Notes under the pieces: model-generated | What the model was told of the DNA's origin: nothing | Seen by the model: only the letters and a program-made list of their open reading frames with translations | Databases searched by the model: none | Shown: positions 45,101 through 64,000 of the stretch, piece by piece | Layout of the letters: each line of letters begins with the position of its first letter | Numbering within the stretch: position 1 is the first letter of the stretch | Program-made: the position numbers and the translations under genes | Assembly (NCBI GenBank): GCA_033442325.1 | Contig: JAWQFM010000010.1 | Location: 1,796,187 to 1,860,186 of the forward strand | Reading direction: 5' to 3' | Length of the DNA stretch: 64,000 bases | DNA from: Salpingoeca rosetta | Lineage: Eukaryota; Protista; Choanoflagellata

Positions 45101-47564
45101 GTCAGTGCCGGAGGAGGACCAGAGCCTGTTCTTCCGCCTGTCCAACATCCCTCGATACAGCATGTTTGTAGACCTGGCGTGGCAGACGGGACTGGCGCAG
45201 GTGCTGGACAACAAGCAGACGGTGATGACCGTGTTTCCGTTCACCAACGCCGGGTTCTCTGCAGTTGAGAGCGACGTGCTTGGGCTGGACATGATGTCGC
45301 TCACGTCGCTGATGCAGCGGCATGTGGTGATGGGCCTTCCGCTGGAGCTGCGGTTTCCGCTCTCCTTACAGCTGGGCAACCTGGACGGCGACTTGCTGTC
45401 GATTGCCGGGGCACGCGGGGTGTACACGGTGAACCGGCGCCGCGTGACGCAGCGGAACATCAACGCCATCAACGGGTTTGCGCACGGCATTGACGGCGTG
45501 CTGCTCGGCGATCTCACCACAACCACGACCACAACCACGACAACCACGACCACAACCATGACAACCACGACCACAACCACGACCACAACCACGACCACAA
45601 CGACACTGTCAACGACAACAACGACGACGTTTGGTGAGAGTGGCAGTGGCGAGACCAGCACATCATCCACGACAACACCTGTGAGCACCAGCGAAGGGTT
45701 TAGCGGCGACACGTCAACGTCGACAATGGGCACGACCACCGAGTTCAGCGGCGACACCCCAACAACAGCGACGACGACGATGACAACGACAACGACGACG
45801 ACGACAACGGTGGTTGGATCCGGTGATGATGGGTCTGGCGAGACGTCCACGTCCACAACATCGTCGTTGTCTACTCCAACGCCAGCAACGACAACGACGA
45901 CGACGACAGCATCAACCTGGATGAGCGGTAGCGGGGACACATCGACGAGCACGAGCACAAGCGCGAGTACCAGCACGTCGATGATTACAACGACGATGGA
46001 TGGTAGTGGTGAGGTGGACACGACCACAACCAGCACCACGTCAACGTCGTTCTCAACAACGTTCCCTGGCACAACGACAACGACAACGACCACTGTGCCG
46101 CCGGAGCAGCTGAGCATGCTGTATCGTCTGTCGATTGAACCCGCCTACTCGACGTTTGTGTTCCTGGCGCAGCGCACGGGCCTGGCCTCTGTGCTGGACA
46201 ACAAGCAGTCCTTCCTCACCGTGTTTCCGCCCACCAACGCCGCGTTCAACAAGCTTGGGGCAGCGAATCTGGGCATTTTGTTTGACAGCCGCAACCTTGA
46301 GACGGCGCGGCTTGTTGTGCAGCGGCACATTGTGGTTGGCTTTCCGCTACAGCTGCTGTGGCCGCTATCGCTACAGGTTGCGAACGAGGCTGACGAGCTG
46401 CTGACGATTGAGGGCGGTGCCGGGGTGTACCGCGTGAACGGCCGACGGGTGGTGCGACGGAACATGCAGGCACTTAACGGGTTTGCCCATGGGCTGGAGC
46501 AGGTGATCACGGATGAGCTGCTAACAACGACGACAACGACAACGACAACGACAACCAGCACACCTCCCATGATGAGTGGCAGTGGGGAGAGCACGAGCGC
46601 GATGAGCAGCAGCAGTTCAAGCAGCACGACTTCCATGGACATTGGGAATGGCACATCGACAGTGCCGTTGAGCACTACAGGCACGTCGACGTCCACCTCG
46701 ACAAACGCCAATGCAACGCGTGAGGTCTCAACGTCGACAACATCAACATCGACCGTGACTACCGTCAGCAGCAGCACAAGCAGCAGCACGTCCTCCTTCA
46801 CCACGGCATCTGTGAACATGACAACAGCATCCACGTCAACGTCAACATCGTCCGCCTCATCCTCGTCGTCCTCGTCGTCATCCTCAAGTTCCAGTACAAC
46901 ATCCACCAGCAGCACCACCAGCAGCAGCTCAACATCCAGCACAAGCAGCAGTGCGTTCAGCACGAATGCGACGGTGAATGCCACAGTATCGACACCACTG
47001 TCGACGACCAGCACCACATCGACGTCAGTGGGACCGCACGTGACGGTGATCACACTTGAGGATCGCTCCCTCTCGTCGCTGAGCCTGACGGTGATTGCCT
47101 TTGCAGCGCTGCTGTCGATGCTGTTTGCAGTCCTGCTTGGTGTTGTGCTGGTGCGCAAGCAGCGGCAAGTGCGCCGTGCCCAGAACAGGCTGGAGGCGGC
47201 GACGGCGCAGCCAGAGGATCTGGAGTGGGACAACACCATGATCCCCGCAGGGAAGGGTGATGTGTTCACCTCGTCGTCATCATCATCGGGCACGTCTGCA
47301 TCGACGCGATTCCTGCCACCGCCGCTGCCGCCGCGGCTGCCTGTTCCCGCCACAGATGTCGCTGTGTCTGGACAGGGGAGTGGGGTGTATCCCGTTGCTG
47401 TGGAGCCGCTCGGGAAGGCGCTCGATGGTGGCGGCGATGGTGGCGATGACAGCGGGCACGCTGAGGATGGCAGCAGTGGCGGTGACTCGCACCATGCGCA
47501 GTCATCGGCCGCGGCGAGCGAGGACGCATTTGGCGATGATGACGACGCGGACTTGCCGTGGTGA
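40459..47564 (+). CDS. Type I membrane protein: signal peptide, 2 vWA-like domains, mucin stalks, C-type lectin-like domain, 2 FAS1 domains, TM, Pro-rich cytoplasmic tail
   Basis: Exon 1 signal peptide; [11 protein letters not shown] and [15 protein letters not shown] vWA-like strands; CTLD ~43720-44105 ([27 protein letters not shown]); FAS1 ~45120-45510 and ~46105-46520 ([27 protein letters not shown]); TM ~47085-47150 followed by RKQR. Five exons, last 42178-47564. Confidence 0.85.
43455..44605 (+). repeat. 75-bp coding minisatellite ([25 protein letters not shown]) in two arrays flanking the C-type lectin domain
   Basis: About 3 copies at ~43455-43710 and about 6 copies at ~44140-44605, near-identical at DNA level. 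Confidence 0.9.
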
Positions 47565-48371
47565 TGTGGCACGTGCATCGATGTAGGTGTGGTGATATCA
47601 CAGCCGTGCGTGCTTGATTGAATGAACCACAGTGAGAAGCCAGCAGGGACAGTGTGTTGGCTGCCCCTGTTTCCGCCTCTTCGCCAGGTGGCTTGATGAT
47701 GTACATAATTAATTGATGTGTTGGCGTTGTTGCTATGGGTGGAGGGGTGCGAAGCGAGATGCGGAGTTGGTGTGCAAGGTTGTGATTGTGGTGTTTGTGG
47801 GTGTCAGGGTGGTGGCGGTTGTAACACCAGATTACGCGCCTCGTTTGTGGGCTCGCTTGCTTTGCTTGACTGCGGGTTTGGGTGACATGCATGATGTACA
47901 AGGATGGCTGGCAAGCAAGCAAGTAAACCAATGCTAGTTGAGAAAGGGAAGCGGCTACGAGCAAGCAAGAAGACGGCACAGGGGACAGAACAAGCAAAGA
48001 CAAGCAAGCAAGCAAGGCGGGGGGGGGGACAAGCAAGGGTTGACAAAGGCCTGTCAAAGGACAGACGGGTGTGCGAAGATGCACACCACTCCGACACAGA
48101 GAAAGGAAGACAGAAAGAAAGACGCCTTCCTTGAGGTCACAACAAAGATGGGCGCCTTTCTCTCTCTCTTACACACACACAGACGCAGACACACACACAC
48201 ACAGACGCAGACACACACACACACAGACGCAGACACACACACACACACACACAGACGCACAGACGCAGACACACACAGACACACAGACGCAGACACACAC
48301 ACACACACAGACGCAGACACACACACACACACACAGACGCACAGACACATACACACACATGGGGACAGGGA

Positions 48372-49615
48372 TTAGGTGGTGGCGACGCGACGCCTACGCA
48401 CGGCCTTGCCGTTGCCGTTGGTTGCGTGTTCGCCGTCATCGTGAGCAGCCGCTGCGTCCGTTCCGTTGGTTGCGGGTGCCTTGACAGCCGTCTTTGCGTG
48501 GCCGTTGGTGGCAGCCTGCTGCTTGCTCTTCTTCTTGTCGTCCGCACCGTATGTCTTCTTGAAGAAGCTGGTGAAGAGCACAATCATGGTGAGGTGGTAC
48601 GCAAACTGGACGTATGCGAGGTACTTCGGGTACACGGTCTCCAGCGGCGAGATGCACAGGACGGCGTGGGCAATGCACGAGTAGAACTGGAAAATCTGCC
48701 AGGAGGTGATGAGTGGCTTGAAGGGGTGGCGGATGCCGAGGGCGCTGACAAAGTAGTGGGTGTACATGAGGACGTGGGTGAAGCTGTTGATGCACGCGCC
48801 AAAGCACGCGGTGGCCCCGCCGTAGCCGAGGTAGAGGAGCAGTCCCCAGATTGGGCCGATGGTGGCGTGGTGGTATACGTGGAGGAAGGACATCTGGCGA
48901 TCCTTCTTGCGCAGGGCAATGAAGATGGTGTCGAAGAAGTCGAGGAACTTGGAGAGGTAGTGGACAAGGACCCAGAACTCCGCCGCCTTGGTGAAGGTGG
49001 TGTTGAGGCCGAAGAGGTTGGGCACGCTGAAGGATGTGTTTGGAATCTGGATCGGCTCGCCCGCACGCAGTTCGTTGAACAACCCTGTCCGTTGGGTGAA
49101 ATAGATGGGGAATGAGGGAAGGGACGGGGAGAGGCGGGAAAGTAGGCATGTGAATTGCGAACACGTCCAGAAGGCAAGGCATGGGACTGGAGGCTTGGAA
49201 CACAAGGGTGGGCCGATCGACACGGTATGCAAGTAACACAGAGACAGAGAGAGAGAGATGCACGCAGATAACACTCACATACACACACATACACGTACAC
49301 ATGCACATACACACATACACGTACACATGCACATACACACATACACACATGCACATACACACACATGCATACACACATGCACATACACACACATACATAC
49401 ATATACGCACATACATGCACATGCGCACCTGCTGTCATGGCGGCGCAAACGACGACCTGGGCGATGTTGTAGATCATCATTGGGATCTTGAGCTCAAAGG
49501 CGGGCCTTGAGCGCATAAACTTGTACAGGCTCACAGCCACAATGACATAGATAATGCCAGACCCAATCAACACGGGCGGCTGCACCAGGTAGTCATACTC
49601 AGAGTGGTACTGCAT
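48372..49615 (-). CDS. ELOVL: Fatty-acid elongase, ELO/GNS1/SUR4 family (exons 49615-49429, 49084-48372)
   Basis: YLSKFLDFFDTIFIALRKK, MSFLHVYHHAT, NSFTHVLMYTHY, ITSWQIFQF; multiple TM segments. Confidence 0.95.
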
Positions 49616-49830
49616 GGTGATGGTTGTGTGGTGGAGGAGGGTGGTGGCTGCAGTGGTGTGGGTGTGGGCGGAGGAGTGTGCGCGGTGGTTGTTGGCAGAA
49701 GGCAAAACACACAACAACACGCGCCTGCAGTTTATGCTGTCGTTCACCGTTCCTCCAAGCGGGCGGACACAACACCACACCGCTCCACACACACCGCACA
49801 CACAGCACACAGCAACTCAGCACACCAAGC

Positions 49831-50112
49831 ATGTCTGAGGGAGGAGGAGGAGGAGGAGGAGGGGTTCAGGGGAAGGATCGTGTGCGACAGCTTGAGCATG
49901 ACCTGACGTTGTTGAGGCAGAAAGTGAAGGATCTGGAGCGGCAGTGCGAGGAGGAGGAAGAAGCCACGGATCGCAGCAGCGCACGCATTCGGCAACTGGA
50001 GGGCGAGCGCATGGATACTATCAAGACAACCCAGCGCATTCAAGAGGTCGTCTCCGCCATGCGAACAACCGTCACAGACCTCATCAAGGAACTGGGAGGC
50101 GACATCGACTGA
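49831..50112 (+). CDS. Small coiled-coil protein (93 aa), hypothetical
   Basis: [37 protein letters not shown]... heptad pattern and coding-like codon usage; divergent from ELOVL. Confidence 0.6.
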   Translation: MSEGGGGGGGGVQGKDRVRQLEHDLTLLRQKVKDLERQCEEEEEATDRSSARIRQLEGERMDTIKTTQRIQEVVSAMRTTVTDLIKELGGDID

Positions 50113-50152
50113 CGCGTGCGCTGCAGTTCAGAGGTTGACACATCCACGGGCT

Positions 50153-57111
<6,959 letters not shown>

Positions 57112-57203
57112 GCCACCTTCCAACCCTTACTGCCACGCTCGAGCCCGCCCAATCGCCCTTTCTCTCACGTTTCTCTCTTCCTTCCACCACAACACGTCTC
57201 GTA

Positions 57204-59014
<1,811 letters not shown>

Positions 59015-59216
59015 GGTTGTTGTGGTCGTTGTCGTTTGGCTCGAACGACTGCTGTGGCGGCTGTGTATTGGTTGTTGATGATTAGTGGATATTTTGCGTG
59101 GAATTTCACATTAACTACACCAAACACCACAAACCGCAGCAGACATCCACGTGCCCTCAGTCAGAACACACACACACACACCCAGCCAGCCAGCCAGCAC
59201 CCCAACACACGCGACC

Positions 59217-60478
59217 ATGTCAAACGAGCTTCTTGTGACGCAGAAGCAGGCAGACCTGGCTGCCCGCGCCTTGCTCCAGGTCATCTCAAAGAGCCACCAG
59301 AGCAACCTCTTGCCAGAAGAACACATCCTCTTCCTCACAATCGGGCTCAAGAAGCTGCCCAAAACCAGCAAGCACCCCAAGCACATGTACGTTGTGTGCG
59401 TGCGTGCGTCTGTGTGAGTGAGTGCGTGTGAGTGAGTGAGTGTGTGCGTGTGTGTGTGTGTGTGTGTGATCGAATTGATGCTTGCAAGTGAGAGCTGGCG
59501 CGCGGGAAGTTTCAGCACGAGTGCGCTTACACATGCACACAAACACACATCGTCTGCCTCTCTCTGACGTCTGATCTGTTGCCATCGCGCTGCCATCGCC
59601 CCGCGTACCGTCTCCACCACAGTTCCCTCAAGCACAGCCTGGTGGATTCCGAGACAAGCGAGGTGTGCATGTTCACAAAGGATCCACAGGATGAGATGGA
59701 GCAGCTGGTCCAGAAGGCGATGCCCAAGCGCAAGATCACCGTCATCTCCGTCTCAAAGCTCAGGGAAGAGTATCAGAGCTACGAGTCCAAGCGCCATCTC
59801 TGCGCAAGCTTTGACAAGTTCCTCTGTGACGATCGGTACGCCCGTGTGCTTTGCATGTTGTGTGTGAGTGTGTGTTGCGTATGTGTGGCGTGCGCGTATG
59901 AGTTGCGTATGTTTAGCGTGCGCGTGTGAGTTGCGCATGTGTGCATGTGCGTGTGGTGTGCGCGTATGTGTGTGTTATGGTTATGTGCGATCCCATGTCT
60001 CTGTCCACCCACCCATCCATCCACTGATCTGTCAGTCCACCCATCAATTCATGCAACCACTCTTTCGTTCGTTCACGTCTTGTTGCACCGGGATGTTGCT
60101 GTCTGGTGCAGTATTCTTCCCCTGATGCCGCGGCTGCTGAGCAAGAAGTTCTACGACGCAAAGAAGTGAGTGCAATCCCACCCAATCAACACTTGCGTGC
60201 CTGTACACACGTGTGATTGCTGTCGCTGTTGCTGATATCCTTGCTAGTGTTGTGGGCAGTGTTGTTGTCTTGGCTGTTGCCTCTGCAAGCCTTTGCTCAT
60301 GTTCGTCTGCCGTCGTCTCAACCGTGATTGCACTTGCGGCATGCCGTGATTGCGGTTCAACAGGTTCCCTGTTCCTGTGTCACTGGCGCGTGCCAAGGCG
60401 GCTGGCACCCGCATCCACGCGGCCCTCCGCTCCACCCCGTTCCAGATCAACGGCATCTCCATGTGAGCAGGCTCTCTG

Positions 60479-60527
<49 letters not shown>

Positions 60528-61621
60528 TTGTGTTTTTGTGTTTGTTTGTGTTTTGTTTGTGTGTGTGTGTTTTTGTGTTTGTTTGTGTTTTGTTTGTGTG
60601 TGTTCTTGTGCGCGCGTATGTGTGTATGTGTATTCTTGTGTTTATTCAGTGCCGGTTTGCAACCTCCATTGTCAGTGGCACCAGCATTGGTACCACACCC
60701 ACACCCACCCTATATACTCGCACACTCGCTTCATCCATCGTGCCTGCTACCCCATGTGCTACAGTGGCGTGCGCGTGGGCAACACTGGCATGAGCCCCAA
60801 ACAGATTGCGGAGAACGTGGTGGCGGTCCTTGAGCAGGCAGTGCCACTGATCCCGGGCAAGGCCGCAAACGTGCAGGGCGTGTTTATCGCGGGCAACAAC
60901 ACGCTGGCGCTGCCGCTGTACCAGAGCGAGCCCACAGCCGCCGACGAGGGCGTGCTGTATGATCTGGGCCTTGAGGAGCAGCCCGCGAAGCGCAGCAAGC
61001 GCGGTGGCGACAACAAGCAGGGAGGCGCCGCTGCCACCGCTGCTGGTGTTGCTGGTGAGGGTGCCAAGCGCAAGGAGGTGACGAAGAAGGGCAAGAAGGG
61101 CAAGAAGGGCAAGAAGGACCAACAAGGACAACAAGGTCAGCAAGGACAACAAGGAGAAGAAGAGCGAGGGGAAGGTGGAGGCAGCTGCCAAGGCAACAAA
61201 TGGGAAGAAGAGCCAACAGCAGCAGAAGAAGCAGAAGGATCAACCACAGAACAAGAAGCAGCAGCAGAAGAAGCAGCAGAAGAAGAACAGCAAGGAGGTG
61301 GTGACGACCCAGGGAGCGAGCGATGCAGAGAAGAAGGAGCAGCCTGTCAAGGGCAAGCAGGGCAAGGCTGCCAAGGCGACAAACGGCGAGAGCGCTGCCA
61401 AGCAGCCGGAGAAGAAGAAGGCTGCAGCCAAGAAGTCTGCGGCGTCAGCGCCGGGCAGTGCACTCAAGGCGAAGAAGCAGCAGAAGGCGGGCAAGAAGGA
61501 GGCAGCCGCAACAGCACCTGCCACGCCGGCCAAGCTGAACAAGGCAAGCATGAAGGCCAAGAAGACCCCAAAGAGCGCGGCAAAGGCAAAGGCAAAGAAG
61601 ACCCCAAAACGCAAGGACTAG
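59217..61621 (+). CDS. RSL1D1: Ribosomal L1 domain-containing protein (RSL1D1/Cic1/Utp30-like), apparent frameshift near 61120
   Basis: PLKHSL..SEVCMFTKDP, VISVSKLREEYQSYESKRHLCASFDKFLCDDR, LLSKKFYDAKK, VRVGNTGMSPKQIAENV, ALPLY; Lys/Ala-rich tail lies in a different frame. Confidence 0.88.
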
Positions 61622-62018
61622 CTACACATGCGTCTGCGAGTGTTTTCATGTGTGCATAGTAGTTGTGTGTGCGTAGTTGTGTGTGTATGTGTGTGTGTGT
61701 TGAAGGCTTGTTTTGTTGTCACTGGACATGTGGTTTGACACAGTTGCAAGTTTGGACGACGGTTGGCGGTGGTGGTGTTGATGGAACAGGGACAACCCCT
61801 CTATCTCGTGTCTTGCTTCGGCCCGTGCTGCACGTGTTGATGAAAATCATGGATAAACTTCCACAAAATTCCATACCGCGCACGGCGGTGCCTTTTTTTC
61901 TCGCCACCAAACCAAACCACCTCCCCTCTCGTACCTCCTTGTTGTTGTCGTGTGCTGGACTTGGGTGGTCTTCTTGTGAGCTTCGTGCGTCTGTCAAACG
62001 GAAGGGAAACAAACGACA

Positions 62019-63304
62019 ATGCGCCCCATTGCTTTGAACGGTCATGATCGAGCCTTGACCAAGGTTCGCTACAACCGCGAGGGTGATCTCCTCTTCTCCG
62101 TGGCCAAGGACAAGGTTCCTTGCGTCTGGTACTCACACAACGGTGCGTTCGTGTCTGTGTGTGTGTGGTGTGGTGTGTATTGTGCTGTGTGCATGTGTTG
62201 TGGTGTGTATTGTGCTGTGCGTGCGTTTGTGTGTGTATGTGCGTGCGTGCGTGCGTGTGTTTGTGTGTCTTGTGGTGTGCGTGTGTGTGTATGTGTGCGT
62301 ACGTGAGTGCATGGATCGGTGATAGACAGTCGTGGGTTACATTACATGCACAACGTCGACAACAACACATGGACAAACACTTGTACACACACATACACAC
62401 ACACACATACACACACACACACACAAGCACACACACACACGCGCGCTCAATCACTCATCTCGTTGCTTGTGTTGTTGAACACGATCTTGCCGTGCAGGCG
62501 AGCGCATCGGCACATACGAGGGCCACGAGGGTACAGTGTGGTCGTGCGACGTCGATTATCTCTCCGAGCACCTGGTCACAGCCTCTGCCGACAACACCCT
62601 CAGGGTGTGGGATGTGCAGACCGGTACGTGCTGGTTGTTGCTCACATGTATTGCTTTTTCTGCGACCCAATGTGGGTTTTACGCTTGCTTTCGTGTGCCA
62701 CAGAACTTCGTTCTGTACACATGTCACGGTGTATGGCACGGTGTGCGCCGCAGCGTTCCCGTACGAGCTGCGATATCACGTGTTGCATCCACGCTTTTCC
62801 CACCTTTCTTTCTCTCCTCCATTGACAACCCCGCTCTGTCTCCCCCGTATTCGTTCACACCAACACGTCCAAACGTACAGGCAAGTCGCTGGCTATGATT
62901 GAGACAAACACGGCTGTGAGGTCGTGCTGCTTCTCGCTTGACGGGCGCAGCATCATGTACTCGACGGACCACGCCATGGGCTACCCTTGCTACCACCGCA
63001 TTGTGGACCTGCAGCAGCTCAAGCAAGAGGGCGGCAAGGCGAAGCCCCGCTATGAGACGGAGATTAAGGTCAAGGAGAAGCGCATCACATCGCTGCTGTG
63101 GGGCCCGGACTCGTGCTTCACCGCACACGCCAACGGCGACATTGTCTCCTGGGACCTCGAGGTGCGTGTGTGTGTGTGTGTGTGTGCGTGTGTGTGTGCG
63201 TGTGTGCTTGTGTACGTATAAGTGCATGCGTGTGCATGCGTGTGCATGCGTGTGTGTGTGCGTGTGTGTGTGTGTGCGTGCATGTGTGTACTTGTGTGTG
63301 TGTG

Positions 63305-63355
<51 letters not shown>

Positions 63356-63883
63356 ACCTTCCTCGATTGGGTACGGTGCACCCTGTCGTGTCTCACTGCC
63401 TACATGCAAACTTCAATGCACCGCTCCCTCTCAACAGACGAAGAAGCCCAAGGCGTTCCAGTCTGCCCACAAGGGCATCATCATGGATCTTCAGTTCAAG
63501 AGCGATTTCATGTTCATGATCAGCGCCTCAAAGGACCACACCGCAAAGGTGCCCACCTCGTGTTTGTTATGTGTGTGTATGTGTGTGTGTGAGAGAGAGA
63601 GACATGAGCACACCAGGTTACAACAGAGCGCACCCCTTTGCTCAGGCAGGCACTCTCTCACATGCACGCGTGTGCCCTGTGCGCGGCGTTTGCTAGGTGT
63701 TTGACTGCGACACGATGGACATTGTGAAGACATTTGAGACGGAGCGTCCTGTCAACGCGGCTGCCATCTCCCCGACCAGAGACCACGTCATCCTCGGTGG
63801 CGGTCAGGAGGCCCGCGATGTCACAACCACACACGGCGCCGCAGGAAAATTCGACGCACGCCTCCACCACCTGGTGCGCTGCG

Positions 63884-63951
<68 letters not shown>

Positions 63952-64000
63952 GTGTGTGTTTGTGGTTTGCGCCTGCGTCGTCTGACAGATGCTCCCCCCC
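62019..64000 (+). CDS. EIF3I: Eukaryotic translation initiation factor 3 subunit I (WD40), 3'-partial
   Basis: [91 protein letters not shown]. Confidence 0.96.

Noticed and set aside
42455-46117. 1220-aa Val/Asp-rich antisense ORF (and 46145-47578)
   Set aside because: Shadow of the Thr/Ser codon repeats of the sense mucin gene; no independent domain signal.

Overview
Gene-dense eukaryotic genomic DNA with GC-rich exons and short GT-AG introns packed with (GT)n/(CA)n microsatellites. Gene content and intron style suggest a unicellular holozoan, most likely the choanoflagellate Salpingoeca rosetta (inference, not verified). Most ORFs in the supplied track are microsatellite or antisense artefacts, so genes were assembled by hand across splice sites. 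About 17 protein-coding genes are supported: a partial IPT/TIG-repeat protein, CSE1/exportin-2, mitochondrial cytochrome c peroxidase, PDIA6, a caveolin, an orphan disordered protein, a GH20 hexosaminidase with a PAN/apple-like N-terminal module, a DHX33-like helicase, a TDP-43-N-terminal-domain/CCHC zinc-knuckle protein, an orphan basic protein, a large vWA/C-type-lectin/FAS1 mucin-like membrane protein, an ELOVL elongase, a small coiled-coil ORF, DZIP1, CCDC12/Cwf18, RSL1D1 and eIF3i (partial). Top candidates for follow-up: (1) a TDP-43-type NTD + bipartite NLS + prion-like tail protein in which six CCHC knuckles replace the RRMs, (2) an H/ACA snoRNA-like RNA in one of its introns, (3) a proteoglycan-like adhesion receptor, (4) a caveolin with a 44-bp four-AP-1-site palindrome upstream, and (5) introns with complementary GT/CA ends.
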